Below the pieces are notes generated by a model. That model was given only the letters and a program-made list of their open reading frames with translations, did no database searches and had not been told where the DNA came from. From Thermodesulfobacteriota bacterium (GTDB lineage: Bacteria; Desulfobacterota; Binatia; Bin18): a DNA stretch of 64,000 bases. Positions within the stretch are counted from its first letter, which is position 1; each line of letters starts with the position of its first letter. The position numbers and the translations under genes are program-made. The stretch covers positions 4,000,001 to 4,064,000 of the forward strand of contig OZ219926.1 in the NCBI GenBank assembly GCA_964291405.2, given 5' to 3'. Positions 17,261 to 26,671 of the stretch are shown piece by piece.

Positions 17261-18262
17261 ATGAGTTCCAAGTATTTTTATCACTGCTTCCCGAGACCAC
17301 GCGCTAGAGAGATTTGCAGCGACGCTGTTGATCGAGGATGGGATATCTTGCGGTCAATCAGGCGGTTAGGCTTGATTTTGGCTCCGGAAATTGTCGAGTG
17401 GAGAACACCAGTCAGTATCGGGAGCCCATCGCCTATTCGACTTTTGCAACAGCGTATTTGCTTCACTGAATTGTCTCGGAACGAACTAAGGGCACATTCA
17501 GAAAAATTTGGTCCGTTCGCTATCGAATTTGATACCATGGCATTGAGGCGCGCTGGAGCGCTACCCGTTATCTACATGCCTCAAGCGCTGTCGGAACAGG
17601 ATCATTTGGCATTGATTGGGTCGTTTATTGTCAGCCATCTTGGCCATGTCAGACATACACTGGAACAGCTCAATTCTTTGAATCAGTTCAAAGACCCGAC
17701 CTATATTCAAAGCAATTTTCCAGGGGCCACACGAATGGCGGATGATTGCAAGGTGACACTGAGAAACGGTGATGAATTAAGAGGCACTCTTCAAGAGTTT
17801 GTGGTCCCCTGGAAGGCCATAAAAGATTTTCTAAGCTTTATCGGTTTTGAGAACGCGCCTTTTGATGCAATGATAGGCGTAACTTCCATTGCACAATCGT
17901 TATTCTACCCGACAGACAACGATCATGTTGGTGAGCAACTTGGCTACTATAGGCAACGTGAATGGCGAATAACGGCGGGCTATGCCGTAAATAAAACTCC
18001 CCGTGGCCGCATCCTTAATGCGAACGAGAAACAATCTCTCATTGACCTCGACAGATCCTTCTGGAAACGCAAGTTGACATACAAAGATGAAACATTTTGC
18101 CGAGTGGACAAAGCAGTTGCACTCTCCCAGCCGGGTCCTGCTGATTTATTTGGAATGGCTACTCGACTGATTGTCCCTGTAGAAAAAACCCATGAAGCCC
18201 GCCAACTCTTTACTGACTTATCTACCGAAGTAGTCGGTTGGGACACCGTAAATGGTCAATGA
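17261..18262 (+). CDS. AbiGi-like hypothetical protein
   Basis: N-terminal FYH, ILRSI..GL, ICFTEL....H...FGPFAIEF, G..PVIY and YYRQREWR follow the AbiGi motif order. Visibly more AT-rich than the flanks. Confidence 0.6.
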   Translation: MSSKYFYHCFPRPRAREICSDAVDRGWDILRSIRRLGLILAPEIVEWRTPVSIGSPSPIRLLQQRICFTELSRNELRAHSEKFGPFAIEFDTMALRRAGALPVIYMPQALSEQDHLALIGSFIVSHLGHVRHTLEQLNSLNQFKDPTYIQSNFPGATRMADDCKVTLRNGDELRGTLQEFVVPWKAIKDFLSFIGFENAPFDAMIGVTSIAQSLFYPTDNDHVGEQLGYYRQREWRITAGYAVNKTPRGRILNANEKQSLIDLDRSFWKRKLTYKDETFCRVDKAVALSQPGPADLFGMATRLIVPVEKTHEARQLFTDLSTEVVGWDTVNGQ

Positions 18263-18273
18263 AAAAGAGTCCA

Positions 18274-18305
18274 TAGGTCGGATTAGCCACAGGCGTAATC
18301 CGACA
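18274..18305. repeat. REP-like palindrome overlapping the RM gene 3' end
   Basis: tagGTCGGATTA-gccacaggcg-TAATCCGACa. Confidence 0.75.
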
Positions 18306-21300
18306 CCGCCGACGTATCGCTTACCACCACTATCGCCCCAATCCGCCGCGCCACTTCCGCAAAATACCCCACCTCCTCCGGCCTCAGCGCCCGCCCCAGC
18401 ACCGCCCGCTCCCGATACGACAACCACTTCTTGAGCACCTGATAGCCCCCCAATTTGTACCGCCAAACCGCCACCGGGACGTTGCGCCAGTAGGCGTTGC
18501 CGTTCAGGTAAATGTCGAACGTGGTCTGACCGAGTACACTTGTCGTGTCACCCAAAGCGGCGCGTTCGTCCGCCGTATAATCACGTTCAACCACCCGTCC
18601 TTGGCCGGGCATCACGGCCTCGCCCGTGCCGTAATGTCCCCACCCGGCGGTCAGCGCAAAATCGTCTCCATCTATGTTCCGCCCGTCCACCGTAGCGGGA
18701 ACAGCAATGGTGGCGATGTCCGGGCGCAAGGTTCCAGTTGTCACGCCGGGCACGGGTGTATCCGGGTCAAGCAGGGCGGCTAGTTCGCGCCCCCGTGCAG
18801 CAGAGCGGACCAGGATTTCAGCCGCCTTGGAAACATCTCCGTCCGGCCAGCCGGGCAGCGGAATACGCGGCCATTCCATGCGGAGCGTCCCGGCGTTTGC
18901 TTCACGGTAGGCAGGATCATGGAGCGTGGTGAGGGCGTGATGAAACAGGTCTTCTACGCTGGCGTTGATATGTTTGAGATAGCGTTGCGCGGCGAATGAC
19001 AGGTTGGGGCGGTGTTTTGTGCTGTTCCCGTCGGTTTCGAGACCGTCGTCATTGCGGAGCCACAACGGAAAGAAGCTCGACAGACCATTGCCAAAATTAT
19101 CGGCTAGGTGACGCGCTAAGGTTCCGCGCGAGAAATCTTCCTTCGCTTCCCGTTCACGGGCTTCAAGCCACACATTCCCCTCAAACACATGCGGCATATA
19201 ATCAGGCCGTGGACGATCAAGCAGCCCGCTACCTCCTTCCCAATACAACCACCGATTATCGAAGGGCCGATAGGCGAAAGGGATGAAGCCAGCCTCAACC
19301 GGACCACCACGTGCCAGCAATGAGTCTCGCACGGATCGCGCGTTGAACCCAGCTGCTGTCTTCATGATACTCGGATAGCGCCGTGAAATCTCCTCATGAC
19401 TCAAGTCCGCGTTGAAGTAAGCGGTAATCCGGTCCTTGAGCCGGTCAAGGTCGGTATCAACGAGAAACCCATCCCGACTGGTCTTCACCCCAGGAAACGA
19501 GACCGGGAACAACTCGGGCAGCGCGGGCCAGTCGAAATAGTCTTCACTGACCGCCGTTCGGACCAGTGGCAACCCCAGCGGCAGCACGGGCTCGATAGCG
19601 TCGTAGAGCGTCGCCGGTTCTGCCTCCGCCGTTTCTAACAGTTCTTCGCGTTTTGCCTGTCCCCACAGATGTCGAAAGCCAATGGTGTCAGCCGGGGCAT
19701 GGTCGGCCTTGCGTACCAGCGTGGCAATGGCTGTCCCTACCTGAATCCCCACCGGGTCACTCTCTGTCGAAAAAATACTCGGGTCGGATGTTCCGTCTGG
19801 CGCAACCTTGCCGGTCTTGTATTTATCGCCATTCAGACAATCAATCCGAATGGCGTCAAACGCCCCTAGATACCGCTCTCGCATCCCGGTGAATGACAGC
19901 CCATCCAGCCACGAATAGTTGGAGATAAAACATATCACCCCTTGCCCGGTCTTCTCGGCAATCCGACGTTCGGCCATACGGAAGAAACGCACGTACAGAT
20001 CGTTCAAGCCTTGGCCTTCGGGCCGCCGCACCCGCTTGGTCACCCGATAGGCTTCCGACAATATCCGCTCTTCGTCTACGGCCATACCGGCGAAGCCGTT
20101 GTAGGGCGGGTTACCCAGAATCACCAGAATCGGGGTGTTCTGCTTGACCCGATCGGCCCGGTCGCGTTCTTCTTCGAGTTCGGGAAACGGGAGCGGTTTG
20201 GTGGTATGGGGTTCCCAGCCGGTCAGGGCGTTGGTAAGGAAGACGCCGGGGCGCTCATTGCCGTTATCGGCCAAGGGCGCGTCCAAGTCCTGCATGGTCA
20301 GGCCGACTTGCAGGTGCGCCACCACGAACGGGGCGGGCATGATCTCGAAGCCGAACACCCGGTGCATGGCCGCCTGTTTGACCCGCGCGCCAGCAAGGGC
20401 ACCCATGCCTTTGCCGTGCAGATTCTCCGCAATCCGGCGCAACACTTCCGCCAGATACGCCCCGGTGCCGCAACACGGATCGAGCACATAGACGTTGTCC
20501 GCAGCCAATCCGTCGGCAATACCGAGATCGTCCTTGAGGGCCTTATCCACCCTCGCCACCATGTAGCGGACGACTTCGGCGGGCGTGTACCAGACGCCGA
20601 GTTGTTTGCGCAGGTCGGGGTCAAAGGCTTCGAGAAAGGGTTCGTAGAAATAGGGGACGGCTTCGCCCTCGTTGAAACGGGCAAAGAAGGCCGCACGGTC
20701 CACGCGGTTGAGGGCCGCGGCGGTCCAGTCCAGGACTTCGACCAAGCCGAGCGGTTGCAGTCGGCCGGGGTCGGAAATCTGTTGGAACAAGGCGCGTAGT
20801 ACCGGCGCACGGAGATGCCAGACGGCTTCATGCCAGTTGAACGTACCCCGTGGCGACGGGACTTGCCGCGCCCACAACACCCAGGCGGAGAACACCCCGT
20901 AGAATAAGGTCTGGGACCAGGGTTGAATAGAAAAAGCGTGTTCCTTTGTCGCCCTTGAATTGGACCCCGAGCGCTTCCTCCAGGGCTGCGCGCACGGCGG
21001 TAAGCGACGGGGCGTCGTCTCCTGCGGCCTCGACCCGAGAGCGGCCGTCGCGGGCATAGGAGGCGAGCAGCCACGCTAGGTCTTTGGGCTCGGTCAGGGC
21101 GGCGCGGTGGGACAGGGCGCGGCAGAGATATTCGCCCAGCCCGGCACCAACGGCACGGGCAAACGCGCGGGGCGTGTCCAAGCGCCTGGTAAAGTCTTCA
21201 GCGGTCTCTGCCAGCCGAAAGGTTTCGAGTGTAGCCGGCTGTCCGGTGGTGTCTTCACCCACCAGGACGAAGTCGTGCGTGTTGGTGACCAGCACCAGCC

Positions 21301-21655
21301 GGTAGCGGCTCCAATAGCGGCTGACCTGGGCCGACGCTGCGGTCAGCCAGGTATCGTCGCTGATGGATTTGACTTCGACCACGCCACGTTCGGGGGTCTG
21401 GCCTTCCTTGGGCTGGCCTTTCTGTAGCTGCCTGGCGGCATACAGGCCAAAGTCGGGATGACCCGCGCCCTGGTCGGCCAACTCGCCGACACAGAACACC
21501 TTGGGTTTGAGCGTACTGCCCACGGCGTTGAGCAGATTCGCCAGTGGCCCATAAGAGGACCGCTCTGCGGTGGCTCCGCCGGAGGCGCGTATCCGGCGGA
21601 GGTCGGTCAGGTAGTTTTCGACTGCGGTGGTCAGTTTTGCGTTTGTTCCGGGCAT
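18283..21655 (-). pseudogene. Single-chain type IIG/ISP-like restriction-modification enzyme (nuclease + N6-adenine MTase + ISP-type specificity domain), split by a +1 frameshift at about 20913
   Basis: N-terminal PDFG...VEVK, GVWYTP, DPCCGTG, GNPPY and C-terminal GGYQVLKKWLSYR. Removing one C from GTC-C-CAG joins ORFs 20828..21712 and 18283..21057 into a 1123-aa reading 'FYSTLVQTLFYGVFSAW'. Confidence 0.85.
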
Positions 21656-21710
21656 TCCGTCTGTTGTCGCTGAGTCCGGGCCGCCAGGCAAGACCCGTGC
21701 GAGCCAACCC

Positions 21711-21757
21711 ATTCCGGCCCCCGTATCAAGTACGGGGCCAGCTCTTCGACTGGCCGG
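21711..21757. repeat. Nested palindrome
   Basis: CCGGCC-CCCGTA-tcaag-TACGGGG...GGCCGG. Confidence 0.55.
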
Positions 21758-21758
21758 T

Positions 21759-21786
21759 GTAGGGGCAATTCATGAATTGCCCCTAC
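21759..21786. repeat. Perfect 28-bp GTAG-type REP palindrome
   Basis: GTAGGGGCAATTCATGAATTGCCCCTAC. A near-identical copy lies at 25343. Confidence 0.9.
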
Positions 21787-21790
21787 GGAA

Positions 21791-22609
21791 CTACCCATGC
21801 TTGTCCAGAAAATAATCGATCAACCGGCGGGAGATGCTGATGCGGCCGGGGATGGCGGGCATGGCATTCGGGCTGAACCAGGCGGCTTCGGCGATTTCCA
21901 CGCCGTCCACCTCAATCTCGCCCTCTGCATACTCGGCGGTAAAACCGAGCATGAGCGAGTTCGGGAACGGCCACGGCTGGCTGGCAAAATACCGGATATT
22001 ATCGACCGTGATGCTGACCTCTTCTTTGATTTCTCTGGCGACGCTCTCCTCTATGGTTTCGCCGGGTTCCACAAAGCCGGCCAGCACACTGTACATCTTG
22101 GTCGGGAAATGGGGTGAACGGGCGAGCAGGATTTTTCCGTCACGCTCCACCATGACAATAATGGCGGGTGACAAGCGGGGGAAGCTCAAGAGCTGGCACT
22201 TGGGGCAGCGCTTGGCCCGCTCATCCGATTTGGTTTCGTTGCGGGTCCCACACCGTCCGCAGTACTGATGGGTGCGGTCCCACTCGACGATCTGGACGGC
22301 GCGACCACCCAGCACGAACAAATCTTCGTCCAGTCCGCCGTGCGCCTGGCGGAGGTCTTTAAAGTCCAGGTGGTCGGGCACCGATGCGTCCAGCACATCA
22401 ACGGCATAACACGCCTGTCCCTCATACCGCCCAAGATAGTGCCGATTTCCCGCGGAGACCTCCAGCTCTTCAAAGCGCTCCAGGCAGGGGACTTGAAACG
22501 TTTCGTCATGCTTCTGAAGCAGGAGCCGGTTGCGGTGAAAGCCGAACCACCAGGCCGGGCCGGACAGGTCGTGGGGCGGTGCGACCTCGGAAATAAACGT
22601 CTTCCGCAT
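21791..22609 (-). CDS. nudC: NAD(+) diphosphatase NudC
   Basis: CGRCG/CPKC zinc ribbon, Nudix box GFVEPGETIEESVAREIKEEV and SQPWPFP signature. Start is uncertain. Confidence 0.95.
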   Translation of the reverse strand: MRKTFISEVAPPHDLSGPAWWFGFHRNRLLLQKHDETFQVPCLERFEELEVSAGNRHYLGRYEGQACYAVDVLDASVPDHLDFKDLRQAHGGLDEDLFVLGGRAVQIVEWDRTHQYCGRCGTRNETKSDERAKRCPKCQLLSFPRLSPAIIVMVERDGKILLARSPHFPTKMYSVLAGFVEPGETIEESVAREIKEEVSITVDNIRYFASQPWPFPNSLMLGFTAEYAEGEIEVDGVEIAEAAWFSPNAMPAIPGRISISRRLIDYFLDKHG

Positions 22610-22740
22610 GCCAAAGATCGGCTGTCCGTGGGAGTGTGGTGCGTTGCGGGCAGGCATACCCAAATCCTCCAATCTTGGTATGGTCAGCGGTACGGTGTTG
22701 GCAAAGCATAGCAAACCTGCCCCCGACTGTATCCCCCAGG

Positions 22741-22772
22741 TCCTTCGACTTCGCTACGCTCAGGGTGAACGG
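22741..22772. repeat. REP-like element (CTTCGAC..GCTCAGGGTGAACGG family)
   Basis: tccttcgacttcgctacgctcagggtgaacgg lies in the divergent intergenic region and is related to 121-156. Confidence 0.5.
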
Positions 22773-22844
22773 GAGACCAAGCCCGGACTAGGATTTCCGC
22801 AGCAGCCTGATACATAGGGCAGACCGACGAAGAGGAGTTGCCGT

Positions 22845-24023
22845 ATGAATCTCAACTATTCTCCTGAAGAAATGACCTTTCGTGATGAAGTCCGCGCCTG
22901 GCTCAAAGACAACCTGCCGGACGAGCTGCGCAACAAAGTCGTCAACTATGAAGAGCTGACCAAAGAAGACCTGCTGCGCTGGCAGAAAATCACGGCCGAG
23001 CGAGGCTGGGGGGCACCTGACTGGCCGGAAGAGTGGGGCGGGACAAACTGGACCATCGTTCAGCGGCATATTTTTGAAGAAGAGTGCGGCTATGCCGGCT
23101 GCCCGCCGCGTATTCCCTTTGGCGTGTCCATGTGTGCGCCCGTCCTGCACAAATTTGGTACCGAAGATCAGAAACAGCGCTTTTTGCCCGGCATGTATAA
23201 TGGCGACGTATTCTGGTGCCAGGGCTATTCCGAGCCGGGCTCGGGCTCTGACCTGGCTTCGCTCAAGACGAGTGCGGTTCGGGAGGGAGACAGCTATGTC
23301 GTCAACGGCCAGAAGATTTGGACCACCTGGGCCCAGCACGCAGACTGGATATTCTGCCTAGTTCGCACCAGCGCCGATTTTCCAAAAAGACAACAGGGCA
23401 TTTCCTTTTTGCTCATGGATATGAACACGCCGGGTATCAGCATCCGACCGCTTATGCTCATGGATGGCGGCCATGAAGTGAACGAGGTGTTCTTTGACGA
23501 TGTGCGGGTACCGGCGGAAAACCTCATCCATGAAGAAAATGATGGCTGGACGGTCGCCAAATATCTTCTGGGTTATGAGCGCCTCGGCACGGGCAACACC
23601 GGTGCATCAAAGCGAGAGGTGCTGCGCTTGAAAGAGCTGGCGGCCCAGCAGTCCAAAAACGGTAAACCGCTCATTGACGACCCGCGCTTCCGCGACCGGC
23701 TGTCGCGGGTGGAAGTTGAGCTGATGGCTTTGGAGATCACCAATCTGCGCTTTCTGGATCAGATGCGGGGGGGACGGGCACCGGGCGCGGAAGTCTCGCT
23801 GCTCAAGATTCGCGGGACGGAAATCCAACAGGCGCTCACGGAACTCATGCTGGAAGCGGTCGGGCCGCTTGCCCAGCCGTTCCAGTCGCTATACGCCACG
23901 GACTTTGACCAGCAAACGGCCAGTATCGCCCCACGCTACTGTAACTACCGCAAGACTTCGATCTATGCGGGTTCCAATGAGATCCAGCGCAATATTATCG
24001 CCAAGGCGTCCCTCGGGCTGTAA
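22845..24023 (+). CDS. Acyl-CoA dehydrogenase, large subunit (PimC-like)
   Basis: WCQGYSEPGSGSDLASL, NGQKIWTT and SIYAGSNEIQRNII. Confidence 0.92.
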   Translation: MNLNYSPEEMTFRDEVRAWLKDNLPDELRNKVVNYEELTKEDLLRWQKITAERGWGAPDWPEEWGGTNWTIVQRHIFEEECGYAGCPPRIPFGVSMCAPVLHKFGTEDQKQRFLPGMYNGDVFWCQGYSEPGSGSDLASLKTSAVREGDSYVVNGQKIWTTWAQHADWIFCLVRTSADFPKRQQGISFLLMDMNTPGISIRPLMLMDGGHEVNEVFFDDVRVPAENLIHEENDGWTVAKYLLGYERLGTGNTGASKREVLRLKELAAQQSKNGKPLIDDPRFRDRLSRVEVELMALEITNLRFLDQMRGGRAPGAEVSLLKIRGTEIQQALTELMLEAVGPLAQPFQSLYATDFDQQTASIAPRYCNYRKTSIYAGSNEIQRNIIAKASLGL

Positions 24024-24051
24024 ACCGGATTTGCAAACAGGAGACCTCAGC

Positions 24052-25185
24052 GTGAACTTCGACCACAGCGAAGAACAACAACTGCTGACGCAGAGCGTCC
24101 GGCAATTTCTGACCAAAGAGTATACCTTTGCCGCTCGCCAGGCGATCATTGAGTCCGACCAGGGCTATAGCGAGCAGGTCTGGACCACGTTTGCCGAAAT
24201 GGGCCTGCTGGGCCTGCCTTTTGCGAGCGAGGTTGGGGGCTTTGGAGGAAACGCGGTAGACCTGATGCCGGTCATGGAAGCGATCGGCGACGGGCTTATT
24301 GTCGAGCCCTACCTGGCCAGCGTCGGTCTGGGTGGACAGTTCATTGCCAGGGGCGGCAGTCAGACCCAGCAGCAGGAGATTCTGCCGGCTCTCGTCGCGG
24401 GTCGGTGCAAGCTGGCGTTCGCTCAAACCGAACGCGAGGCGCGCTATAATCTGGCGCATGTCGCCTGCCGGGCGGAGAAGAACGATAACGGCTATCGGCT
24501 GGAGGGCGAGAAATGCGTCGTTCTGCACGCGCCCTGCGCCGATAAACTCATTGTGTCGGCGCGTACCGCAGGGCCTACTACCGCCACGGACGGCATCAGC
24601 CTGCTCATAGTAGACCCGAGCGCGCCGGGCGTGACGCTCACGCCCTATCGGACGATTGATAATTTACGCGCCGCGGATGTGCGTTTCGCCGGGACGGTTG
24701 TTCCCGCCGATGCGCTGATCGGTCTGGAAGGACAGGCTCTGCCGCTGATCGAAGCCGTGGTGGACTACGCCACCGCCCTGGTCTGTGCCGAAGCGGTTGG
24801 GGCCATGCAGTTTGCGAATGACACAACGCTTGAGTACCTCAAGACCCGTAAGCAGTTCGGGGTACCGATCGGTTCGTTTCAGGCCCTGCAACACCGCATG
24901 GTCGAGATGACGATCATCCATGAACAGGCCAAATCCATGGCCTGTCTGGCCTGCGTGAAGGCCGACAGCGCGGATGCCGACGAACGCCGCCGGACCATAT
25001 CCGCAGCAAAAATCCATATTGCCGACGCCTGCCGTCACATCAGCCAGGAGGCTGTTCAGTTGCACGGGGGGATGGGCATGACCGAGGAATTGAAAGTCAG
25101 TCACACCTTCCGCCGCCTGACCATGATTGCCCAGACCTTTGGCGACGCGGACCACCACTTGGAGCGTTTTTCCGCGTGCGGGTGA
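24052..25185 (+). CDS. Acyl-CoA dehydrogenase, small subunit (PimD-like)
   Basis: GTG start after AGGAG. RKQFGVPIGSFQALQHR and QLHGGMGMTEE. Confidence 0.9.
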   Translation: MNFDHSEEQQLLTQSVRQFLTKEYTFAARQAIIESDQGYSEQVWTTFAEMGLLGLPFASEVGGFGGNAVDLMPVMEAIGDGLIVEPYLASVGLGGQFIARGGSQTQQQEILPALVAGRCKLAFAQTEREARYNLAHVACRAEKNDNGYRLEGEKCVVLHAPCADKLIVSARTAGPTTATDGISLLIVDPSAPGVTLTPYRTIDNLRAADVRFAGTVVPADALIGLEGQALPLIEAVVDYATALVCAEAVGAMQFANDTTLEYLKTRKQFGVPIGSFQALQHRMVEMTIIHEQAKSMACLACVKADSADADERRRTISAAKIHIADACRHISQEAVQLHGGMGMTEELKVSHTFRRLTMIAQTFGDADHHLERFSACG

Positions 25186-25346
25186 GGGTCATTATTGTCT
25201 TCCCGGAAGAGACTGACGTTGCCGATATGGATGAGAAGGAATGGCTGCGGGCGGCGGGGCAGAATCCCGCCTTTGATTTTCTGAAAGACCCCTTGGAAGA
25301 CCGCTATACGCTGAGTGACGGGAAGCCTGCGCTCCCAGAGGGGTAG
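25182..25346 (+). pseudogene. C-terminal remnant of a small antitoxin-like protein
   Basis: VRVIIVFPEE..MDEKEWLRAAGQNPAFDFLKDPLEDRYTLSDGKP* ends at the REP. Confidence 0.5.
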
Positions 25347-25370
25347 GGGTAATTCATGAATTACCCCTAC
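25343..25370. repeat. Perfect 28-bp GTAG-type REP palindrome
   Basis: GTAGGGGTAATTCATGAATTACCCCTAC, with a compensatory C-G to T-A change relative to the 21759 copy. Confidence 0.9.
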
Positions 25371-25382
25371 AGGATAATGGTT

Positions 25383-26645
25383 CTAACGAATCGACAACGA
25401 CGGTCGGTTGTTCAATATGTCGGGGTCGAAGCCGGCCGTGCGCTTATACGAACGGGAGATTTTCTCCAGTTCGCGTTGGCTGATGACGTCGTCAAGATCG
25501 GTAAACCCGTTCGGCGCACGTTGCTCGACAAGCTCCATGCACTGTTCCGGTCCGACTTTTCTGTTCGCTTGCACGACCGCCGCAGTAGCCGGACGGCGCG
25601 CGGCATCATAGGCGGCCACGGCGTGCTCAATCGAGGGCTGGAGCGCGAGTTCCCGGGCCAATACGCGTGCGTCAATAATGGCCTGGGAGGCTCCGTTTGA
25701 GCCGACCGGATACATGGGATGGGCTGCGTCGCCCAGCAGTGTCACTCGGCCGAAGTCCCAGCTCGGCAGCGGGTCACGATCGACCATCGGATATTGGTAA
25801 ATGGTCTCGGCCTTCCGCATGAGTTCCGGTACATCGAGAAAGTCAAAGCTAAACGACGCAAACGGGGCGAGCGCTTCTTCAAGACGCGCCGTGTGTTCCC
25901 AGTCTTGCGGGGGCATGGGTTGATCGTCGGCGACCTTGAATTCCGCCACCCAGTTGATGAGCGCCTGTCCCCGGTCTTCGTGGCGTTTTGAAATCGGATA
26001 GATAACCACCCGCCGCTGAAAATAACCGGCCATCATCATCGTGCGGCCCGACAGAAACGGCCTTCCCTCGGTGACCCCGCGCCACATGGTAATCCCGTTC
26101 CATTTGGGTGGACCCTCGTCAGGGTAGAGTTGCTGACGGACGACCGAGTGGACGCCGTCACACGCGACAAGCAGGTCGGCCTCAACACGACGTGCAGCTG
26201 TATCCCTTGCTCTATCGACGAACTCACCCCAGGCCCTTTCCGCTGCCTGTCCGAATCGGGTTAAATGGTGACCAGTGTGGACACGCGCCTGGCCGAGCCG
26301 GTCTGCTACGGCTTGGTGAAGCACTTTTAGCAACTCGCCACGATGAATGGAGAACTGGGGCCAGTGATAGCCTGCGGCGCGCCCTCGGGGTTCACCCCAG
26401 ATACGCTGGCCATGTTTGGAGTAGAAGACCAACTCGCCAGTGGGGATGCCGACCGTGGAGAGACCGTCCAGCAGGCCGAGTTCGGTCAGTTCGCGGACCG
26501 CGTGAGGCAGCACGTTAATGCCGACTCCCAACTCGCTAATCGTATGGGCCGATTCATAGATATCGACATCGGTCAGGCCAGCGTCGTGGAGAGACAAGGC
26601 CAGCGTCATGCCCCCGATACCACCACCGATAATGGCGATTTTCAC
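25383..26645 (-). CDS. Class A FAD-dependent monooxygenase (PhzS/salicylate hydroxylase-like)
   Basis: GTG start KIAIIGGGIGG, DGVHS and LLGDAAHPMYPVGSNGASQAIIDA. Confidence 0.9.
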   Translation of the reverse strand: MKIAIIGGGIGGMTLALSLHDAGLTDVDIYESAHTISELGVGINVLPHAVRELTELGLLDGLSTVGIPTGELVFYSKHGQRIWGEPRGRAAGYHWPQFSIHRGELLKVLHQAVADRLGQARVHTGHHLTRFGQAAERAWGEFVDRARDTAARRVEADLLVACDGVHSVVRQQLYPDEGPPKWNGITMWRGVTEGRPFLSGRTMMMAGYFQRRVVIYPISKRHEDRGQALINWVAEFKVADDQPMPPQDWEHTARLEEALAPFASFSFDFLDVPELMRKAETIYQYPMVDRDPLPSWDFGRVTLLGDAAHPMYPVGSNGASQAIIDARVLARELALQPSIEHAVAAYDAARRPATAAVVQANRKVGPEQCMELVEQRAPNGFTDLDDVISQRELEKISRSYKRTAGFDPDILNNRPSLSIR

Positions 26646-26671
26646 AAGCTGCCTCCCCCAGCGAGCGGAGA

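Noticed and set aside
17149-17263. Possible integron attC site (GCTAAC ... CGTAGAT)
   Set aside because: The R''/R' boxes deviate from RYYYAAC/GTTRRRY, the arms are not complementary and no intI is in the window.
21759-25370. CRISPR repeats (28-bp palindromes)
   Set aside because: Only two copies lie 3.6 kb apart, with no spacers and no cas genes. They fit REP elements.
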